64,000 bases of DNA from an uncultured delta proteobacterium (lineage in GTDB: Bacteria; Desulfobacterota; Syntrophia; Syntrophales; Fen-1087), in assembly GCA_963709485.1 (NCBI GenBank), contig CAVPWE010000005.1:68012-132011 (forward strand), written 5' to 3'. The notes beneath the pieces were generated by a model. It ran no database searches. It worked only from the letters and a program-made list of their open reading frames with translations, and was not told the DNA's origin. The position numbers and the translations under genes were made by a program. Positions 1 to 8,683 of this stretch are shown piece after piece (the stretch's first letter is position 1; the number at the start of each line of letters is the position of its first letter).

Positions 1-438
1 ATGATTGCCGGAGAACCGATGAGCGAAACCTTTTCGAAAAAAGTGGTCATTCACTACACGGCGGACAATGTCGAGCAGCCCATCATCTGCCAGCTGGTGA
101 AGCGGTATGATCTCGTCTTCAACATTCTCAAGGCACGCATCTTCCCGCGCCGCGAAGGGGTGATCGTGCTCGAGCTCAGCGGCCTGAAGGAAAATTTCGA
201 AAAGGGGATCCTTTTTCTGAAGGAGAAGGGCCTCAAGGTTGAGCCGCTGTCGAAAAGCGTCAACCAGAACATGGACAAGTGCGTCTACTGCGGCGCCTGC
301 ACGGCCTTCTGCCCGACGGACGCGCTCGCCTTCGACGCCCAGACGATGAAGGTGGTCTTCGACCCGGAAAAATGCAACGGCTGCGAGCTCTGCGTTTCGG
401 CCTGCCCGGTCCGGGCCATGGAGGTCAACCTGCTGTAG
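1..438 (+). CDS. NIL-domain / 2x[4Fe-4S] ferredoxin-like protein (may extend upstream of the window or start at Met-7)
   Basis: 145-aa ORF. N-terminal NIL-like segment (VVIHYTADNVEQPIICQLVKRYDLVFNILKARI) followed by two CxxCxxCxxxCP motifs (CVYCGACTAFCP, CNGCELCVSACP). Confidence 0.7.
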   Translation: MIAGEPMSETFSKKVVIHYTADNVEQPIICQLVKRYDLVFNILKARIFPRREGVIVLELSGLKENFEKGILFLKEKGLKVEPLSKSVNQNMDKCVYCGACTAFCPTDALAFDAQTMKVVFDPEKCNGCELCVSACPVRAMEVNLL

Positions 439-450
439 CCTTTCGGGCCG

Positions 451-816
451 CTACGGGGTCTTTTCCGGCTTCCGGTCCGTTTTCTTCTCCCTGCCGCCGG
501 CGAGGCCTTCAATCTCCTCGGTCAGTTTTTTCCCTTTTTCGACGACCGCTTTGCCGGTCTGGTAGGCATCCTTTCCCTTTTCCACCATCTTTTCCGTCTG
601 CACCTTCGCTTTTTCAAGGGATTCGAAGACGTTTTCCGGCATTCTCCCGGGGTCCTTGAAGTAGAAATACCCGCAGAGGGCAATCAGGGCCAGGAGGATC
701 AGCAGGGCCATCTTGACGAGCTTCTTGAAAATGAAATAGAGAACGAGAAGGGCCAGGAAGATGACGATCCCCATCACGGCCGGATGGCCGGACAGGTTCT
801 GAACGATCTGATCCAT
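451..816 (-). CDS. small membrane protein, hypothetical
   Basis: 121-aa ORF with two hydrophobic helices (AVMGIVIFLALLVLYFIF, MALLILLALIALCGYFYF) and a Lys/Glu-rich tail. No family recognised. Confidence 0.45.
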   Translation of the reverse strand: MDQIVQNLSGHPAVMGIVIFLALLVLYFIFKKLVKMALLILLALIALCGYFYFKDPGRMPENVFESLEKAKVQTEKMVEKGKDAYQTGKAVVEKGKKLTEEIEGLAGGREKKTDRKPEKTP

Positions 817-952
817 GGTTTCAGCTTCCCGGGTTGCAGTGCGGTCATGCTACCGGGAAAACACGGAAATATCAAGTATTTCTTTCAGCCTTGACAAACG
901 GGGAGGGGCGCGTTTAGATACCGCCGCACCACCGGAAAGAGGATTCCCACTC

Positions 953-2254
953 ATGAAAGTTGCCATGGCAACGCTGGGCTGCAAGGTCAACCAGTACGAA
1001 TCCGCCGGCATTCTGGAAGCACTGGAGGAACGGGGCTTTTCGATCGTCCCCTTCAACACGGTGGCGGACTTTTACATCGTCAACACCTGCACCGTCACGA
1101 AGCGTTCCGATTGCCAGTCCCGCCAGTTGATCCGCCGGGCCGCGAGAACCAACCCCGGCGCTTCCATCATCGTCACGGGATGCTACGCCCGGATCGCCCC
1201 CGGCGAAATCGGAAAAATCGGCGGTGCAACCCATATCGTGGAACACAAGGCGGCCATACCGAACCTGCTCAGGCAGGTGGCCGGCGGCCATGCGGACGAG
1301 GCGTGGCGCGAAACGGGTGAGGAAGGCTTGCCGGGCGAACTGCACCCCCGGAAGTTCCCCGGGCACACGCGGGCGTTTCTGAAAATCCAGGACGGGTGCA
1401 ACACCTTCTGCGCCTACTGCATCGTCCCCTATGCAAGGGGCCGAAGCCGAAGCCTGCCCGAAAAAGACGTCCACGACCGGATCCGCGAGCTTGACCGCGC
1501 CGGGTTCAGGGAGATCGTCCTGACGGGGATCCACCTCGGCGCCTACGGCCGGGATCTGCACCCCGCTTCGAGCCTGCTCGGCATCCTGAAGGGCGCGGAG
1601 GAGAAACGATCCGTCGAAAGGCTGCGGCTGAGCTCCCTCGAACCGGGAGAGGTGACCGATGGAATGATCGCCTTTTTCCGGACGTCTGCGGTGCTGTGCC
1701 GCCACCTTCACATCCCGCTGCAGAGCGGGAGCGACGATGTCCTGAGGCGGATGGGCCGCCCCTACGACGCCGCTTTTTTCCGGGACCGCCTGGAGCGGAT
1801 CTGGCGGGCCATTCCGGACATGGCGATCGGCCTGGATGTGATGGCGGGATTTCCCGGAGAGGACGAGGAGGCGTTCAACCGGACGCTGCGGCTGATCGAG
1901 GACCTTCCCGTGGCCTACCTCCACGTCTTTCCCTATTCGGACCGGCCCGGAACGGCGGCCGCCGCGATGCCGGGCAAGGTCGGGGAGAAGGAGAAGAAGC
2001 TCCGGGCGGCGCAATTGAGAGACATGGGAAAAAGAAAAAGATCGGACTTCGCCGGGCGGTTCGTCGGAAAAACAGTTTCCGTCCTCATCGAAGGCAGTGG
2101 AAGCCCGGGAAGCGAATTCGCAAAGGGATTCTCCGGCCAATACATTCCGGTCTTCGTCCGGACCCGCGGCGCGGCATCCGTCAACCAAATCGTGGAGGTC
2201 GTTGCGGAAAACTGCAAAGACGGCAAACTATACGGCAGGGCGGCCCATGACTGA
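953..2254 (+). CDS. mtaB: MiaB-family radical SAM methylthiotransferase (MtaB-like)
   Basis: N-terminal KVAMATLGCKVNQYES, radical SAM box CNTFCAYC, TRAM-like C-terminus. ATG 953 preferred over the upstream in-frame ATG 815 because homology begins there. Confidence 0.85.
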   Translation: MKVAMATLGCKVNQYESAGILEALEERGFSIVPFNTVADFYIVNTCTVTKRSDCQSRQLIRRAARTNPGASIIVTGCYARIAPGEIGKIGGATHIVEHKAAIPNLLRQVAGGHADEAWRETGEEGLPGELHPRKFPGHTRAFLKIQDGCNTFCAYCIVPYARGRSRSLPEKDVHDRIRELDRAGFREIVLTGIHLGAYGRDLHPASSLLGILKGAEEKRSVERLRLSSLEPGEVTDGMIAFFRTSAVLCRHLHIPLQSGSDDVLRRMGRPYDAAFFRDRLERIWRAIPDMAIGLDVMAGFPGEDEEAFNRTLRLIEDLPVAYLHVFPYSDRPGTAAAAMPGKVGEKEKKLRAAQLRDMGKRKRSDFAGRFVGKTVSVLIEGSGSPGSEFAKGFSGQYIPVFVRTRGAASVNQIVEVVAENCKDGKLYGRAAHD

Positions 2255-3995
2255 TGAACGAAAAGCCGGCCTTGACCGGCTGCAGGAAAGTCTTCAATAC
2301 CGCTTCCGGGACCAGCGCCTGCTCGACACGGCGCTGACGCACCGGTCCTTTGTCAACGAAAACCCTTCACCGGCCCGTCTGGACAACGAAAGGCTGGAAT
2401 TCCTCGGAGATGCCGTCCTGGAGCTCTGCGTCAGCGACATGCTGATGCGGCAGTTTCCCGACCATGCGGAGGGCCGACTCTCGCAACTGCGGGCATCGAT
2501 CGTCAACGAGCAGCCGCTCGCGGAGCTGGCGAAGAGCTTCGGGATCGGCGACTGCATGCTGCTCGGCCGTGGGGAGGAAAGCTCCGGGGGGCGAAGCAAG
2601 GCCTCGCTGCTGGCCAACGCCCTGGAGGCGATCCTCGCGGCGATCTACCTGGACAGCGGCTTTGGGGAGGTCTCCGGCTTCATTCAGGGGCTGTTTGCCC
2701 CGCTGATCCGGGAAGAGGGGCAGCCCTTCGTTTACCGGGATTACAAGACGACGCTCCAGCAGCTCGCGCAGAACCACTTCAGGGAAATCCCGCGCTACGC
2801 GCTGATCCGCGAATACGGACCGGACCACGACAAGACCTTCGAGATCGAGCTCTCCGTCGCGAACCGGATCACGTCTACCGGCACGGGAAAGAACAAGAAG
2901 GAAGCGGAGCAGCGCGCCGCGGAAAAGGCCCTTCGGGAGCTGGAGCGGATGCCGAAAAACAAGGAAGACGACCGCCGCGCGATGATCATTCCCTTCTTCA
3001 TCATGAACCGGGGATGCCCCCACCGCTGCATTTTCTGCAACCCCGAAAGAACGGCGGGGCCGCAACCGGCGCGGATTTCGGCGGCGCAATTCGGGGACAG
3101 GCTCCGCTCCCACCTGCGGAGCGCCCGCCGCAGGCCGGACGATGTCCAGGTCGCCTTTTACGGCGGCAATTTCACCGGCCTTGCCCGTTCGGAGCAGACC
3201 CGGCTGCTGGAATACGCCCGACCTTTCATCGAAAGCGGCCTGATCCGTTCCATCCGTATTTCTACGCGGCCGGACCACATCGACGCAGACCGCCTGGCGC
3301 TTCTGAAGGCATACGGGGTGCGGACCATCGAGATCGGGGCGCAGTCCATGGTGGACGGGATCCTTCAAACCGCCGGACGGGGCCACAGCGCGGCGGACGT
3401 GGAAAGAGCCGTCGGCTTGATCCGGGAGGGCGGTTTTGAAGCGGGCGTCCACCTGATGGCCGGCCTTCCGGGAGAGCGGCGCGAGCATTTCGAATACAGC
3501 GTGGAACGGGTGATCCGACTGCAGCCCCACATGGTCCGGATCCATCCCACACTGGTCCTTGCCGACACCGCGCTGGCCGAGCGTTACCGCGAGGGGGACT
3601 ACGAACCGCTCGACCTGCCCGAGGCCGTGGAGCGCTGCAAATCCGCCCTGCGGCGCTTTGCCGCGGCCGGCATTCCCGTCATTCGGATCGGCCTGCAGTC
3701 CACACCGGAAATGGAAAAAAAGGGAAGCATCCTGGCCGGCCCCTATCACCCGGCCTTCCGGTCCATCGTGGAATCGTCGATTTTCCTGGACAGGGCCGCG
3801 TCGCTGCTTGCCGCCCATCCCGTTCGCGGCCGGCAGGTCGTCCTGACCTCCGCCCCGAGCGACGAGAGCCGCCTGCGGGGCCAGAAAAATGAAAATGTCA
3901 TCAACCTGAAGAGTTGCTTCGGTCTGGCGGATCTCGCGATCACAGCCGATCCCGGCCAGGAAAAGGGGACCCTGCGCATGGCCGTCCGCGGCTGA
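2247..3995 (+). CDS. rnc: ribonuclease III domain continuous in-frame with a radical SAM domain (no stop codon between them)
   Basis: ATG 2247 overlaps the mtaB stop (ATGACTGA). RNase III signature NERLEFLGDAVLE and a dsRBD (KTTLQQLAQ...KKEAEQRAAEKALREL). The frame then runs straight into MIIPFFIMNRGCPHRCIFC and stays open to 3995. Confidence 0.8.
   Translation: MTDERKAGLDRLQESLQYRFRDQRLLDTALTHRSFVNENPSPARLDNERLEFLGDAVLELCVSDMLMRQFPDHAEGRLSQLRASIVNEQPLAELAKSFGIGDCMLLGRGEESSGGRSKASLLANALEAILAAIYLDSGFGEVSGFIQGLFAPLIREEGQPFVYRDYKTTLQQLAQNHFREIPRYALIREYGPDHDKTFEIELSVANRITSTGTGKNKKEAEQRAAEKALRELERMPKNKEDDRRAMIIPFFIMNRGCPHRCIFCNPERTAGPQPARISAAQFGDRLRSHLRSARRRPDDVQVAFYGGNFTGLARSEQTRLLEYARPFIESGLIRSIRISTRPDHIDADRLALLKAYGVRTIEIGAQSMVDGILQTAGRGHSAADVERAVGLIREGGFEAGVHLMAGLPGERREHFEYSVERVIRLQPHMVRIHPTLVLADTALAERYREGDYEPLDLPEAVERCKSALRRFAAAGIPVIRIGLQSTPEMEKKGSILAGPYHPAFRSIVESSIFLDRAASLLAAHPVRGRQVVLTSAPSDESRLRGQKNENVINLKSCFGLADLAITADPGQEKGTLRMAVRG
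2982..3995 (+). CDS. ELP3/YhcC-like radical SAM protein (alternative reading: independent start at ATG 2982 inside the rnc frame)
   Basis: CPHRCIFC (CxxxCxxC) lies 10 residues after Met 2982, a typical N-terminus for this family. Also FYGGNFT and IEIGAQS motifs. Confidence 0.55.
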   Translation: MIIPFFIMNRGCPHRCIFCNPERTAGPQPARISAAQFGDRLRSHLRSARRRPDDVQVAFYGGNFTGLARSEQTRLLEYARPFIESGLIRSIRISTRPDHIDADRLALLKAYGVRTIEIGAQSMVDGILQTAGRGHSAADVERAVGLIREGGFEAGVHLMAGLPGERREHFEYSVERVIRLQPHMVRIHPTLVLADTALAERYREGDYEPLDLPEAVERCKSALRRFAAAGIPVIRIGLQSTPEMEKKGSILAGPYHPAFRSIVESSIFLDRAASLLAAHPVRGRQVVLTSAPSDESRLRGQKNENVINLKSCFGLADLAITADPGQEKGTLRMAVRG

Positions 3996-4043
3996 TCCGT
4001 GATCCGGATCCCGCTTCCTCACGTGAAACGCAAGTGATTTCCC

Positions 4044-4072
4044 TTGACAGATGTAACGATTTTCCTTAAGAT
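4044..4072 (+). promoter_or_regulatory. sigma70-like promoter (TTGACA-N17-TAAGAT) upstream of the TA cassette
   Basis: TTGACA at 4044-4049, 17-nt spacer, TAAGAT at 4067-4072. GAGGGGGAG RBS precedes ATG 4114. Confidence 0.5.
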
Positions 4073-4113
4073 TTTCAATAATAAGCAAGAGATTTTCGTG
4101 TGAGGGGGAGATC

Positions 4114-4329
4114 ATGAAAGCCGCAAAAAGCAAGATAATGGATATGACCGTGGACGAGCTTAAGGGCATTATCCATGAAGCAATCGCCGAAGACATGGAA
4201 GGCTGGCGGGAGACTTTCGAGATCATGGCGGATAAAAAGCTGATGGGTAACCTTCGGCAGGCGGACCTGGATCGATCAACCGGCAAGAAAGGCGCTTTTG
4301 TCGCCTGGGATGATCTAAAGAATGCATAA
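4114..4329 (+). CDS. type II antitoxin, Phd/YefM-like
   Basis: 71-aa ORF with an acidic helical N-terminus and the segment TFEIMADKKLMGNLRQADLD, which resembles the C-terminal region of YefM/Phd antitoxins. Overlaps the downstream toxin-like ORF by 8 nt. Confidence 0.55.
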   Translation: MKAAKSKIMDMTVDELKGIIHEAIAEDMEGWRETFEIMADKKLMGNLRQADLDRSTGKKGAFVAWDDLKNA

Positions 4330-4489
4330 GATCGTTCTTCATCGAAACGCCGTCAGATTCTATCGGGAGGCCGACACGGCATTGCGGAAAAGAATAATGG
4401 GCGATCTGCGCATCCTTTATGAGATCGACAGCGCACAGCGGATTGTGTGGATCAAGACCATCGAACGGCGTGGATCGGCATACAAATAA
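4322..4489 (+). pseudogene. RelE/ParE-family toxin remnant (55 aa, internal ~30-aa segment missing)
   Basis: Not in the ORF track (<60 aa). Translation: MHKIVLHRNAVRFYREADTALRKRIMGDLRILYEIDSAQRIVWIKTIERRGSAYK. The N-terminal helix and the C-terminal GDxRIxYEI...V.I..I.R motif are present, but the middle of the fold is absent. Its TAA stop directly abuts the era ATG. Confidence 0.5.
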
Positions 4490-5381
4490 ATGTTCAAATC
4501 CGGGTTCATCGGCATCATCGGACGGCCCAATGTCGGGAAATCGACACTCCTGAACCGCATCGTCGGCGAAAAAATCGCCATCACGACCCGCAAGCCCCAG
4601 ACCACGCGCAACCGGATCATGGGCATCCGCAACCTCGCGGCGGGGCAGTTGATCTTCATGGACACGCCGGGAATCCACAGCGCCACGACGCCGCTGAACC
4701 GCAGGATGGTGAAGCGAGGCGAAGGAAACCTTCCGGACGGTGGATATCATCCTGCTGATCGTGGAGGCGCCCGCGGGCGTCCATCGGGACGACCCTTCCA
4801 TCATCGCTTCGCTTCGGGAGACACCGCTTCCTGCCATCCTGGCCATCAACAAGGCGGACCTGGTGAAAAAGCCGGAGGTCCTGCCGCTGATCGATCGGTA
4901 CCGGGAACTCCATGCCTTCGCGGCGATCATCCCCCTCTCCGCGCTGACCGGCGAGGGGATCGAAGCGCTTCTGGAGGAGATCCTGAAGATACTCCCGGAG
5001 GGGCCGCCCCACTTTCCCGAAGACGCCATGACGGACCGCTCGGAGCGCTTCATCGCCGCGGAGATCATCCGGGAAAAGATCATCCTGCTCACGCACAAGG
5101 AGATCCCCTACGCCACGGCCGTGGTCGTGGACGCCTTCGAGGAGGAGGCGGACCGGCCGCTGATCCGCATCCAGGCGACGATCCACGTGGAAAAGCCGTC
5201 CCAGAAGGGCATCCTGATCGGCAGGAAGGGGGCGATGCTGAAGGAGATCGGCAGCCGGGCACGGCTCGACATGGAGAAGTTCTTCGCCTCCCGGATCTTC
5301 CTGGAGCTCTTCGTCCGCGTCCAGAAGGACTGGACCCATGACGAGAAGATGCTCAAGGAATTCGGCTATTCGAAGCAGTGA
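4490..5381 (+). pseudogene. era: GTPase Era, frame broken by one extra nucleotide near 4715 (as sequenced)
   Basis: 4490 frame: [22 protein letters not shown]...DTPGIH...LNRRMVK, then nonsense. The +1 frame from 4716 reads [18 protein letters not shown]...NKADL...KH domain...FGYSKQ. Removing one base restores a colinear Era. Confidence 0.85.
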
Positions 5382-5455
5382 GTGAATCGGTCATGAGCCC
5401 ACGGCGCGTCTTTGCCGAACCCCCGCCGCCGCGGAAAGAGACGGGTCGTCCGTAA

Positions 5456-6664
5456 ATGGCCTGGACAGCGGAAGACCGGCTCGCCCTCAAGCTCCTCTTT
5501 GCGCCGAAGGAGGCCGGGCCCCTGTTGGCCTCCGGGCCGCCCGGCGAGAATGCGGCCGAGGCGCCCCGCGCGCGGCCGTTCGACTGGCCTTCCCTGGTCG
5601 CGATGGCGCGGCAGGAAGGCATCTCGGCAGTTCTTTTTTATCAGATCAAAAAGCATCGCCTGGAAGCGCTTCTCCCCCCGGATGTTCTGCGGGGCCTTTC
5701 CGGCCCGTACTACGCCAACCTGAAGCGGAACCTGACGATCGCCGCGGCCCTGCGGCCGGTGCTGGATGCGCTCGAGGAAGCCGACATCCCCTGCATCGTT
5801 CTCAAGGGCATCGCCCTGGCGGAGCAGGCCTACCCGGACATCGCCATGCGGGGAATGTCGGACGTGGACATCCTGGTGCGGAAGGGGGACCTCCTTCGGG
5901 CCGACGCGCGGCTCTCCACCCTCGGGTACGACTCCCGGGACAGCGACGCGGCAACCGCCTTCCGGAACCCGGCCGGCTACCTGGCCAGCCTGGAATACGG
6001 GAAGGGCGGCGAGTCGCCGCTTACCCTCCACCTCCACTGGCACCCGGTCAACACCTCCGTCCCGGCGACCGCCTTCATCGACGGGATTGACATCGAGGCG
6101 CTCTGGGAAAAGGCCGTGCCGGCCCGGGTGGCGGACGGCCGGGCGAGAATGCTCTGCCCCGAGCACCTGATCCTCTACCTGTGCGAGCATGCGCTTCGGG
6201 TCGGCCATTCCTTCGACCGCCTGATCCTCGTCTGCGACATCCACTTCGCGATCCGGCGCTTTGAAAACGAGATCGACTGGGATTGCCTCGCGGCGGAGGG
6301 CCTGCGACTCGGCCTCTCCCGCTTCGCCTACCACGGCCTGACGATCGCCAAAAGGTACACGGGCCTGCCCATCCCCGAAACCTGCCTGGCGCAACTTAAG
6401 CCGCCCGATCTCTCCCGGGGGGAGAGACTTTTCCTGCATCTGCAACTCCGCAACCGGCGGGTCCGGGGGAGCAGCTACCTCGTCTACCTGGCCCTGAACC
6501 GGGGCCTTTTCGAAAAGGCCAGGTTCATCTTCCGGACCTTCTTCCCGCCCCGCGAGATCCTCCTGCAGCGGCGACGCGGGAAGGGGCGCGATTTTACGGG
6601 AACATACTACCTTTCCCGCATCAAGGAGGTCTTTTCGCATTTCTTCAGGAGCATTCATCGGTGA
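5456..6664 (+). CDS. uncharacterised nucleotidyltransferase (PF14907/NTP_transf_5-like)
   Basis: 402 aa. IPCIVLKGIALAEQAYPDIAMRGMSDVDILVRKGDLLRADARLSTLGY matches the KG..L....Y...R...D.D.LV core of this family, which is seen in lasso/RiPP neighbourhoods. Confidence 0.65.
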   Translation: MAWTAEDRLALKLLFAPKEAGPLLASGPPGENAAEAPRARPFDWPSLVAMARQEGISAVLFYQIKKHRLEALLPPDVLRGLSGPYYANLKRNLTIAAALRPVLDALEEADIPCIVLKGIALAEQAYPDIAMRGMSDVDILVRKGDLLRADARLSTLGYDSRDSDAATAFRNPAGYLASLEYGKGGESPLTLHLHWHPVNTSVPATAFIDGIDIEALWEKAVPARVADGRARMLCPEHLILYLCEHALRVGHSFDRLILVCDIHFAIRRFENEIDWDCLAAEGLRLGLSRFAYHGLTIAKRYTGLPIPETCLAQLKPPDLSRGERLFLHLQLRNRRVRGSSYLVYLALNRGLFEKARFIFRTFFPPREILLQRRRGKGRDFTGTYYLSRIKEVFSHFFRSIHR

Positions 6665-6999
6665 TTCCGCACTCGGTGTCGATTATCCCCCGCCGGACGT
6701 GAAATTGACGGTCCCGGCGCAAGGCGAGCCGGATAGTCCCGCTTCGCGAATTCCAATGCCGGTTTTGTTCAACTTTCCGTAAATTAGAATGATTTGCCTT
6801 AAATGCGAGCGCCCCGCGGCGCCGGTCAAGCTGCGGCACGCACCTTGCTTTCCGGTAATGGTTTAAAGGAGCCGTGGCGAGGCCGGTCCGCGCAGGGATG
6901 AAACCGCAGGGGGCCCATGAGAATTGGAGGGGCGTGCTGTGTGATCGAAATCACATGGAATGCGTGATGGTCGTTACATGCTTATCTTCCCATTTTTCA

Positions 7000-7027
7000 T
7001 TGACAAATGATTTCGATTGATTAAGAT
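7000..7027 (+). promoter_or_regulatory. sigma70-like promoter (TTGACA-N16-TAAGAT) upstream of the PqqD/rSAM/peptidase genes
   Basis: TTGACA at 7000-7005 and TAAGAT at 7022-7027, inside an AT-richer 490-bp intergenic region. Confidence 0.45.
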
Positions 7028-7150
7028 GAAGTCGTACATTGGAGAAGGGATGCGGAAGACGCGGACATGAAATCATGATCCGGGCCGGCCGTCGCAAAGC
7101 GCGGCAGGCCGAAGGATCCCCCCGAAACCGCGGGCATCGCCCTGGAAAGC

Positions 7151-7438
7151 ATGAAAAAATATCAAGCAAAAAGCGGCCTGGTCACCCGGAATATCGGCGG
7201 CGAAACGATCATCGTCCCCGTGTCGGGGCATGTGTGCGACCTGGACGCGGTATACACGCTCAACGAAGTCGGATCCGCCGTCTGGCGGCTTCTCGAGGCC
7301 GGCAGCAACATCGAGACGATCGTCGCCGCGATCTGCGACCAATACGACGTGACGCCGGCGGAAGCCCGCCGGGACGTGGCCGAGCTGATCGAATCCCTGG
7401 AGGCGGCCGGGCTGATTCACGCGGGCGACAAGGACTGA
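7151..7438 (+). CDS. PqqD-family protein (RiPP recognition element-like)
   Basis: 95 aa. VTRNIGGETIIV...VYTLNEVGSAVWRLLEAGSNIETIVAAICDQYDVTPAEARRDVAELIESLEAAGLI is the canonical PqqD pattern. Confidence 0.8.
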   Translation: MKKYQAKSGLVTRNIGGETIIVPVSGHVCDLDAVYTLNEVGSAVWRLLEAGSNIETIVAAICDQYDVTPAEARRDVAELIESLEAAGLIHAGDKD

Positions 7439-7487
7439 GCCGGATGAGGGCCTTTGCGCCGGACTGATTTCGCGAGGCTCGATACGA

Positions 7488-8681
7488 ATGGGTGAATCGC
7501 GCATGGAAGTGAAGAGCTACACGGACTGGAGCCTGGGATTCCACGAACGGTTCGCCGCGCGCAGAATTCCCCTCAGCGGGTCCGTGGAACTGACCCGGCG
7601 CTGCAACCTGTCCTGCCTCCACTGCTACAACAACCTTCCCGCGAACGACGCGGCCGCCCGCGCGGAGGAGCTCACCACCGGCGAGCACCGCCGCATCATG
7701 GACGAGATCGCGGAGGCCGGCTGCCTCTGGCTTCTCCTCACGGGGGGCGAGATCTTCCTGAGGAAGGATTTCCGGGACATCTACGATCACGCAAAACAGA
7801 GGGGGTTTCTGATCACGCTGTTCACCAACGGCACCCTCATCGACCGGGCGATGGCCGATTACCTTGCCGAACGGCCGCCCTTTTCCATCGAGGTCTCCCT
7901 GTACGGCCTGACCCGGGAAACTCATGAGCGGGTCACCCGCGTCCCGGGCTCCTACGACCGCTGCCGTGAGGGAATCCGGCTGCTGGCGGAAAGGGGTTTG
8001 CCCCTCCTTCTCAAGACCATGGTCATGAGGCCGAACCGGGACGAGCTCTGGAAGATGAAGCGCTTCGCGGAGAACGAACTGGGCGTCGATTTCCGGTTCG
8101 ACGCCATGATCAACCCGCGCATCGACGACTCCCCGGCCCCCCTTGCGGTTCGGCTCTCTCCTTCAGAGGTGGTGGAGCTGGACGTGCGGGACCCCCGGCG
8201 GGCGACGGAATGGGTCCGGTTCTGCGAGCATTTCAGCCGTCCCCCCGGCGGCCCAGCTGACGGCGGCCGGCTCTACGACTGCGGGGGCGGCCGGAACGCC
8301 TTTGCCGTGGACCCGGCCGGAAGGCTCGGCGCCTGCGTGCTCTCCCGCCAGGAGACCTACGACCTGCGGGGCGGGACCTTTCAGGAAGGCTGGGGGGAGT
8401 TCCTTCATGGGCTGAACCGGAAAGAGGCCACGCGCCGGACCCGGTGCACGGACTGCGGGATTCGGGACATGTGCGGCATGTGCCCCGCCAACGGCGAGAT
8501 CGAAGGCGGCGATGCCGAGGCGCCCGTCGATTTCCTCTGCCGGGTGGCCCACCTGCGGGCTTACGCGCTGGGCATCCCCGTGCCGCCCCACGGCACGTGC
8601 GAATACTGCAAGGGCGGAAAAGAATACCCTGACCTCCTGTCGGCGGCGCGGAGACTCAAGGACATGCGCAATGAGGGATAA
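7488..8681 (+). CDS. radical SAM / SPASM-domain peptide-modifying enzyme
   Basis: 397 aa. CNLSCLHC radical SAM box and LLTGGEIF. C-terminal auxiliary-cluster cysteines: YDCGGG, GACV, CTDCGIRDMCGMCPANG, CEYC. Confidence 0.8.
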   Translation: MGESRMEVKSYTDWSLGFHERFAARRIPLSGSVELTRRCNLSCLHCYNNLPANDAAARAEELTTGEHRRIMDEIAEAGCLWLLLTGGEIFLRKDFRDIYDHAKQRGFLITLFTNGTLIDRAMADYLAERPPFSIEVSLYGLTRETHERVTRVPGSYDRCREGIRLLAERGLPLLLKTMVMRPNRDELWKMKRFAENELGVDFRFDAMINPRIDDSPAPLAVRLSPSEVVELDVRDPRRATEWVRFCEHFSRPPGGPADGGRLYDCGGGRNAFAVDPAGRLGACVLSRQETYDLRGGTFQEGWGEFLHGLNRKEATRRTRCTDCGIRDMCGMCPANGEIEGGDAEAPVDFLCRVAHLRAYALGIPVPPHGTCEYCKGGKEYPDLLSAARRLKDMRNEG

Positions 8682-8683
8682 AC

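Noticed and set aside
914-4286. Long antisense ORFs 914-2188 (424 aa) and 2367-4286 (639 aa) opposite mtaB and rnc
   Set aside because: Arg/Gly/Pro/Ala-rich low-complexity translations typical of shadow frames in GC-rich DNA. The opposite strand carries clearly recognisable MiaB-family and RNase III/radical SAM motifs.
4706-4720. Programmed +1 ribosomal frameshift in era
   Set aside because: No known slippery or hungry-codon context (such as the prfB-like CUU UGA C) is present. A simple 1-nt insertion or consensus error explains it.
6874-7020. 48-aa GTG-initiated ORF (VARPVRAGMKPQGAHENWRGVLCDRNHMECVMVVTCLSSHFSLTNDFD) with 3 Cys in the intergenic region upstream of PqqD; considered as an alternative precursor
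   Set aside because: The AGGAG is only 2 nt from the GTG, the ORF overlaps the predicted promoter of the PqqD operon, and it has no leader-like motif. It is much weaker than the 16959 candidate. Not excluded, just unsupported.
7050-7070. 6-codon mini-ORF (MRKTRT) behind GGAGAAGGG in the 5' leader of the PqqD operon; considered as a leader-peptide attenuator
   Set aside because: Too short and without an obvious alternative hairpin structure to support a regulatory model from sequence alone.
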